Source: a virus (taxonomy: Duplodnaviria; Heunggongvirae; Uroviricota; Caudoviricetes). Taken from it: DNA of 64,000 nt. The stretch covers positions 1 through 64,000 of the IMG/VR virus record IMGVR_UViG_2939142107_000001. The stretch is one strand, 5' to 3'. A program made the translations under genes and the position numbers. Below, piece after piece: positions 58,556-64,000 of this stretch. The notes below the pieces were generated by a model. The model was not told the DNA's origin. It did not search any database and saw only the letters and a program-made list of their open reading frames with translations. Positions within the stretch are counted from its first letter, which is position 1. Every line of letters starts with the position of its first letter.

Positions 58556-60040
58556 TTATTCATTAAGCCATGCCAGAGCTTCATCAACCTGCGCTTCGTC
58601 TTCGACGCTAAGCACTTCATCTTGGGGAACATAGTTCGCCAACATAGCGAAACAATATGTATCCCAATGGTCCGGTGAGTGCAGGTTGAGTTTTTTCTTC
58701 ATATCTTCCTTTGACATCACCTTCCATTGACCTGCGGAATTTATCCCTACCGGTATCTTTGATGCTTCCTCTATAGTCGCAGCCCCCTTATCAAGCCTCA
58801 TACGCCCTGATTTTACAGCTTCTGCCGCCTGAATATTCGCGAAAGCGCGCATATCGAAATAAAGGCTTTTATCTTCACGGCTGTGCATCTTTTTACCCCA
58901 GCGGATACGCTGGACGGTAATGCCATAGCGTTCGTACATTAGATCAGCCGTCGATTTCCCCAAGCCATCGCCATCAATAGCTATGGTTATGTTCGGGAAC
59001 CGTTCTGGGTTACATTCTGCGAAAATCTTGGCGGCTAACTGCGTTTCTGTAACGTCTGTGTATTCCAGCATACGATAGTTGATTACACGGCGTTTATTTC
59101 GCTGGCCGGACACCATCATGATATTAATAACGGACTTATCTCGTCCTGTGCCACCAGCAACGTCAACACATGCAACCCAGCCCCATCCTTTGGCAATCTT
59201 GACCTTTCGCCGCGTCGCCCGCTCAACCTCATCACGACCAAGAAGAAAGCCATCTTGAGATTTGGGAAATTCACCACGTACTTTGATCATGTACATGGGG
59301 TTATCACGACCGCCATACTCCGCAAGTTTTGCTCGTATAAATTTTGCATCTACAAGCGGAGATTCTTCACTATTCAGTATTATCGCAGTAAACAATCCAT
59401 CAGGATTTCCCGGGCGAATAGCTAGTCTGTGGTGTGAATCGTAGAAATAGCCTGAAGGTCGCGTAGGCTGGGAAAGAAGCAGAATACGGTTATCCTTACC
59501 GGTCAGCGCACCTGTTATCACACTGAATGCTTTATCACTCACACCCGACGCTTCGTCGATGATATACAAGAGATGATCGGCGTGTTCACCAGCCAACGCC
59601 TCCTCATTTCCGGGGCGACAGGACTTTATCAATATTGTCCAAACACCCTTGCCAGTCACCTCAAAAAAAGACGTTTCTGTAAGAATGAAATACTTCGACA
59701 ACCACGGGAATCTGCTAACAGCAGTAGCCCAATTGCTCTTTATGTATTTGAAAATACCATCAAGGACTTGCTGTCTTTTGTTAGCGACCAGAATGACGCG
59801 AGCGCCGGGGAAAAACATGATGAAGAGTATTGCAATGATACTCGTCATATCCGATTTACCAGTACCATGGCCGGAGGTCACACTTGTCCAACTGCCGTCC
59901 TGCTGCGTGGACTCAATGATCTCATCCTGCTGCCAGGTTGGTGTCTTCCCAAACAACACATCAGCGGCCGCAATCCAGTCATAACGATATAGCGCCACCA
60001 GCTCGCGCCAACGTGGGTCCGTTACGCAACTTCTGGCCAT
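58556..60040 (-). CDS. pacB: Terminase large subunit PacB (494 aa).
   Basis: Walker A-like GHGTGKSD. It lies downstream of and overlapping pacA. The length equals P1 PacB. Confidence 0.8.
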
Positions 60041-61233
60041 TAATCATCATCCCCGTACAGTTTGCGGGTAACTTCTTCGTCTTCCTCCTCGTCTTCGTCC
60101 AGATCCTGTTCAAGCCATGCTTCGTTTGATATGCCTTCCGCATCGACATCACCATAACCACCTGTATCGACGATATCGGCAATTTCTTCTCTACGATGCT
60201 CAATCCACAATGCCGCATCAGCGCGGCGGCTGGCGGCCCGTTCTCGCGCGATTTTATCCAGATCTTCAAGTGATGGAGCGCCAGATGCTGTTTGGTTTTC
60301 CTCATCATCGGTATTGGTCTTAGGAGCACGCAGATCGGCTTTGATTTGCTCCAGCATCAGGGGCGGCACTTTTCCTCCATGCGCCTCGATGAATTCAGCC
60401 GCTTCCAGCACTGACCAGTTATTTTCACGCTTTCGTTCGTATGCCAGCTTAACAATGCCAGCTTGCCCCATAGATAAAGCGTGCTTTTCCGCCTCCCGGC
60501 TTTCTTTTCGATAGTTATTCCGGATGCTGTAAATGGTGTTGATCAGGCTGCTTATCTGCGCGGAACAGCTGTTTAGCATGCTCGCGATACGGTATTCAGG
60601 CGGAGTACCTTCATCATCGTCTTTTTGCTGATCGCGCATTTCCTGCACTAGGCGAATACACGTATCCCTGGCGTTCTCCAGCATAAGGAGATGAGAAAGA
60701 GACTTTTCCAGAAGAGTGGTTTCCAGAACATCGGCCCCGGACCGACGCAACATAGCGCGCGCGGCCTTCCGCGCTTCAACGTTATCTATCAGGTAATCGC
60801 CAGCTTCGAATTCAAAGCGTTCACCATCATCATCCAGGGTGTCGCGTTCCAGGCGATCACGTAAGGTCCGGTGGGCGCGGGTGATCACGTCATGATCATC
60901 TGAACGATCATTTATGCGCTTATTTTGGCGCTTCGCATTCTCGACTGCGGCACTGACAACGGCATTAACTCTTTGTTTTTCCGCTATTTCAGCCGAAATG
61001 TGATCACCTGCATGTTGATCATTAGAGTGATCAATGATCATGCTTTTTAGTGGCTTCCTGACTGGCTTATTTGGCTTGCGGCTGTCCGTAGTCCTGGTGT
61101 CTTCTTTGAAGGCACGGAGATAACGACGTGCGGTATTAGGGTTAAGATTAAACTCGGCGGCATACTGTGCGATGGTGTAACCACCATCTCGCGCCAGGCG
61201 AGCAAAATTCTTCTTGTGATCGTCCCAGGTCAC
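60040..61233 (-). CDS. pacA: Terminase small/pac-recognition subunit PacA (397 aa). It contains the pac site.
   Basis: 397 aa. The N-terminal coding region contains clustered TGATCA hexamers. Confidence 0.8.
60880..61045. other. pac: pac packaging-initiation site. Two clusters of Dam-methylatable TGATCA hexamers (3 at 60882-60911 and 4 at 61001-61041) flank the presumed cut region.
   Basis: The two hexamer clusters are gtgatcacgtcatgatcatctgaacgatca and tgatcacctgcatgttgatcattagagtgatcaatgatca. Confidence 0.7.
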
Positions 61234-61318
61234 TTATGCTTCCTTTCGTAAAAACTCTTTTTGACGCGAGGGTAACGAAAGTCACATGTCAAAAGGCCCG
61301 GAACGGGCAAGCAATCAA

Positions 61319-61771
61319 TCAGATACGTGCGGATGTGGCATTACCGTAATGACGGTGCTGACGGGCCACCTTATTGAAAAGTTGACGCGCCATTACCCAA
61401 GGCTGGTGCTCCCGGCGTTCCTTTTCGTCCTGCGTCATATAGAGTTCGTTCTGGAGTTTTTCATCAAACCGGCGCGGAGCGCGGCTACGGCGAAAGAATT
61501 CAGGATTCAGAGAGTGGATCTGAAATCTACGTGGGCGTGTACTGTCATCTATCAAAACAGACGAATACTTAGACACAGCGATAGCCTTTAAGCGCAGATA
61601 AACATCGCGCTTATCGACATCCAGATGCGGGTATTCCTTTTCAAGAATTGCTGCGAGTTCTTTCGCTGATAGAAGAGATTTAGTGCGGATCATGTAATCC
61701 GCAATCTCGTACGATGTTATTCGTGAGTGATTTATTTCCATGAAGTGGCGTCCCTGCCAGTTAAGTAACAT
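61319..61771 (-). CDS. lpa: Lpa, late promoter activator (150 aa).
   Basis: 150 aa. A C1 operator lies upstream at 61844-61862. Confidence 0.75.
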   Translation of the reverse strand: MLLNWQGRHFMEINHSRITSYEIADYMIRTKSLLSAKELAAILEKEYPHLDVDKRDVYLRLKAIAVSKYSSVLIDDSTRPRRFQIHSLNPEFFRRSRAPRRFDEKLQNELYMTQDEKERREHQPWVMARQLFNKVARQHRHYGNATSARI

Positions 61772-61843
61772 CCTGTCACCTACTGATTAGCCCATGTCAA
61801 CTAATCAACGTGGAATATAATACCCTAGATTAAAGAAATAGCA

Positions 61844-61862
61844 ATACATTAGAGCAATTTTA
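61844..61862. promoter_or_regulatory. C1 operator-like site atacattagagcaatttta controlling lpa.
   Basis: Core ATTAGAGCAAT. Confidence 0.5.
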
Positions 61863-62903
61863 TCTAACACTCGACGAATGACTTGTGATAACGCCCACTC
61901 CAAGCGCGTAATCAAAGAACAATCGTTGATGCATCGCCAACCTACCGTGCGTCTTCTCCCAATTATCGCGGTCACGCTCAATATCACGCTGGCATGACTG
62001 GCACAGAGGAATTGCGTAAATGTCATGCGCGCATAATCGACTATGACGAACGATATAAGGCGTAATGTGAGCGCCAGCTCCCGCAGCTCCACACCCACAG
62101 CATGGACGGGAAGCAACAAAGTCCATGTACTCAGGTAATTTTAGCGATTGCAGTTTTGGTATTTTGAAATGCGCCATGCCAGGGTCGGAGTCAACATCCA
62201 CAGGGCATACTTTTGCACGCATCGGCGCGGCGCGTTCTTCCATCATCTGAACATATGCTGTAGCGCGATCGTCATACGGGCGAATATCCGCCTCTTTCAG
62301 AGGTCCGCTATCCTGCGGAGTAGCCTTCATCTTATTTATTGATATGCGGCAGACTTCTTCCGGCATCAGGTGCATCATGTTGCGCATGAAAGCCCACCAG
62401 CACAGCTCCTGAATACTTAAATCATGGCTATTTGAAAGGCCCATTTCCTGACGGGCGACATCCAGTATCCAGTTAACGCGATTATTGTGCAGCGTTTCTT
62501 TCAGCTCATTAAAACCACGCATCCGGTAATGGTTATCGTGATGCCAGCACAACAACACCGCGCTATTGTCTCGTTCAGCGTGGACAATATGGTTGTCACA
62601 CCAACTACGATCTGCGGCCTGGCATTGACCCTCTTTCCTACGCAACCACGCCACCAGCGCGTCAATTCCACCAATACGGCGAAACAGTTCATCGCTGTTA
62701 AAAAACGGCTGCAACGCCTCATTTGTTGCCATGGTTTGCTCGGTAACAACGAGGCCGTCTTCCATGTGCTCGATTAACTCACGCGGCACCGGCTCCATAA
62801 TAAATTTACGGCCAGCCTCCACCAGCTTTCTGACCTCCTGATCCACTTTGAACGTGGCGAGGCCAAGCTCTTTCTGTACAAATGGAGTAATTACGGCTTT
62901 CAC
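61860..62903 (-). CDS. PdcB-like protein (347 aa), Cys-rich.
   Basis: Synteny doc-pdcA-pdcB-lpa. It contains CCGCG and CxxC clusters. Confidence 0.45.
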   Translation of the reverse strand: MKAVITPFVQKELGLATFKVDQEVRKLVEAGRKFIMEPVPRELIEHMEDGLVVTEQTMATNEALQPFFNSDELFRRIGGIDALVAWLRRKEGQCQAADRSWCDNHIVHAERDNSAVLLCWHHDNHYRMRGFNELKETLHNNRVNWILDVARQEMGLSNSHDLSIQELCWWAFMRNMMHLMPEEVCRISINKMKATPQDSGPLKEADIRPYDDRATAYVQMMEERAAPMRAKVCPVDVDSDPGMAHFKIPKLQSLKLPEYMDFVASRPCCGCGAAGAGAHITPYIVRHSRLCAHDIYAIPLCQSCQRDIERDRDNWEKTHGRLAMHQRLFFDYALGVGVITSHSSSVR

Positions 62904-62930
62904 ATCACACCTTTAATCACTGATTGGGCT

Positions 62931-63131
62931 TTATCTGCTGCCCGGCATTCTCTGTTTAAGCACAACCATTTCCTGACGGCATAACACAGCAATAGCTGTC
63001 CTGGCACCAATTTGCTTACCAACCAGGTATTGCTTTACCTTGCGGCGACTCACGCCATCAAGAAGCATCTTTAACGCTTCACGGGACAACTTGTTGTATT
63101 TGCGTGCCATTAATCTACTCCGCAGAACCAT
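62931..63131 (-). CDS. PdcA-like small HTH protein (66 aa).
   Basis: Small basic ORF downstream of doc. Confidence 0.35.
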
Positions 63132-63495
63132 ACAATCTACGTAACGTGTCGGCGACAGAAGATACAGATATCTCGCCAGTCGCAGCGCCTACGGTAAGGT
63201 CTGCCAGTTCAGGTGAATCAAATACCTGCACCCCGTTACGGCGTAGAAATAGCAGCGCACTGTTTAGCGCGGTACGCTTATTGGCATCATTGAATATATG
63301 CCCTCTCGCTGTAGCCACCAGGTAGGTGGCGGAGACTTCGAAAAGGTCGGTGATCTCTTCGTAGGCAACTCTGGCCTGAACTCTCCCGATAATGGCCTCT
63401 GCCCTACCCGGATCAGACATTCCCGGCAGGCCGCCGTAGCGGCTTATATTCGCATCATGAAGCGCAATAAGTTCTTCCGGTGATATATGCCTCAT
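63115..63495 (-). CDS. doc: Doc toxin (Fic-fold kinase, 126 aa).
   Basis: It has the Fic motif [11 protein letters not shown]. It is 126 aa and overlaps the phd stop. Confidence 0.92.
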
Positions 63496-63722
63496 TATCG
63501 GTTAACCAGTTCCTTGTTGGTGGAGTCCAGGGTGTCAAACAGGGATGCAAATTCAGCATCCAGCGCCGCTTTTTTGTAGGCTTCGAAAGTAGCCTTGCTG
63601 ACAATTACTGCTGGCTCACGGCCTCTGCGGGTGATTTCAACCTCTTCCCCGGCTTCAACATTGTTGAGCACTTCAGAAAGGTTGCCACGCGCGGTACGGA
63701 AGTTAATGGATTGCATAAACAC
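63495..63722 (-). CDS. phd: Phd antitoxin (75 aa).
   Basis: Small ORF coupled upstream of doc (ATGA overlap), with an [19 protein letters not shown]-terminus. Confidence 0.85.
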
Positions 63723-63788
63723 CTCGTGTACTCGTTATGTGTACACAATTATAAACTTCACAGGCATAAAGCACCAGCCCTTTGCAGC

Positions 63789-64000
63789 TTAAATAACCGG
63801 ACAATCATCAAACTCCCCACTTCTGGCATCATTGATGACATGAGTGATCACACCAAAAACAGCATTACTGCCCGTGTATCCATCGTCATCTACTGGTAAC
63901 GCCTCTTTCTTCCCGGTGCTTAAATCCTCCAGGTGCTGGCGCGGATACTTCCTGTATCTCTTTATGCGATATTCACCCTCCATAGCGCACACAAGCAGAG
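63789..64000 (-). CDS. humD: HumD (UmuD' homologue). Only the C-terminal part is present, and the N-terminus lies beyond the window end.
   Basis: The C-terminal ...EYRIKRY...GVITHVI resembles the UmuD C-terminus. Synteny humD-phd-doc. Confidence 0.45.
   Translation of the reverse strand, partial: LLVCAMEGEYRIKRYRKYPRQHLEDLSTGKKEALPVDDDGYTGSNAVFGVITHVINDARSGEFDDCPVI

Overview
This window is a P1-like (Punavirus-type) temperate phage-plasmid. It runs in the reverse orientation to the standard P1 map. From start to end the order is:
- plasmid maintenance: repA, 9 incA iterons, parA, parB, parS
- late morphogenesis: major head (gene 23-like), sheath (22-like), structural genes
- lytic replicon and immI: Op53, kilA, repL-like; ant1, icd, c4-like RNA region, Op51
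- tail operon: pmgC, tube, pmgB, sit, pmgA, bplA, gene 16, R, S, U
- lysis and Dar head-protein operon: lydA, lydB, hdf, darA, ddrA, ddrB
- ssb, lyz, pro, prt
- antirestriction: darB (2255 aa), ulx, lxc
- recombination: mat-like, ref, cra-like, cre, loxP
- immC: Op99 operators, coi, c1
- packaging: pacB, pacA with pac site; lpa; pdcB, pdcA; doc, phd; partial humD

The features marked below as P1-like (repA, ssb, lyz, cre, loxP, c1, coi, doc and others) were identified by recalled similarity to the P1 reference genome. No alignment could be run here.

Five things depart from what I recall of the P1 gene order:
1. Where P1 carries the EcoP1I res/mod genes (between lxc and mat), there is instead an AT-rich two-gene operon at 50664-52213. 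It encodes a 346-aa protein of unknown function and a 169-aa protein with a nucleoside 2-deoxyribosyltransferase/DNPH1-like signature. This is the best candidate for an undescribed defence or anti-defence system.
2. An AT-rich cassette at 9262-10893 sits between the structural genes and repL. It encodes a DUF3800-like protein, an overlapping small partner and a separate 98-aa ORF.
3. A complete IS5 (56081-57275, TTAG target duplication) lies between the Op99/P99 region and coi-c1.
4. The sim locus is occupied by a lipoprotein plus a secreted coiled-coil protein.
5. There is no cin invertase or C-segment. The tail fibre is fixed and very long (1595 aa) with repeated modules, and no IS1 is present.

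About twelve C1-operator-like sites (ATTGCTCTAATAAATTT-type) and a recurring AACAAGTGACTT late-promoter-like motif are visible. Product names are assigned from P1 synteny and recalled protein signatures. No database search was possible.
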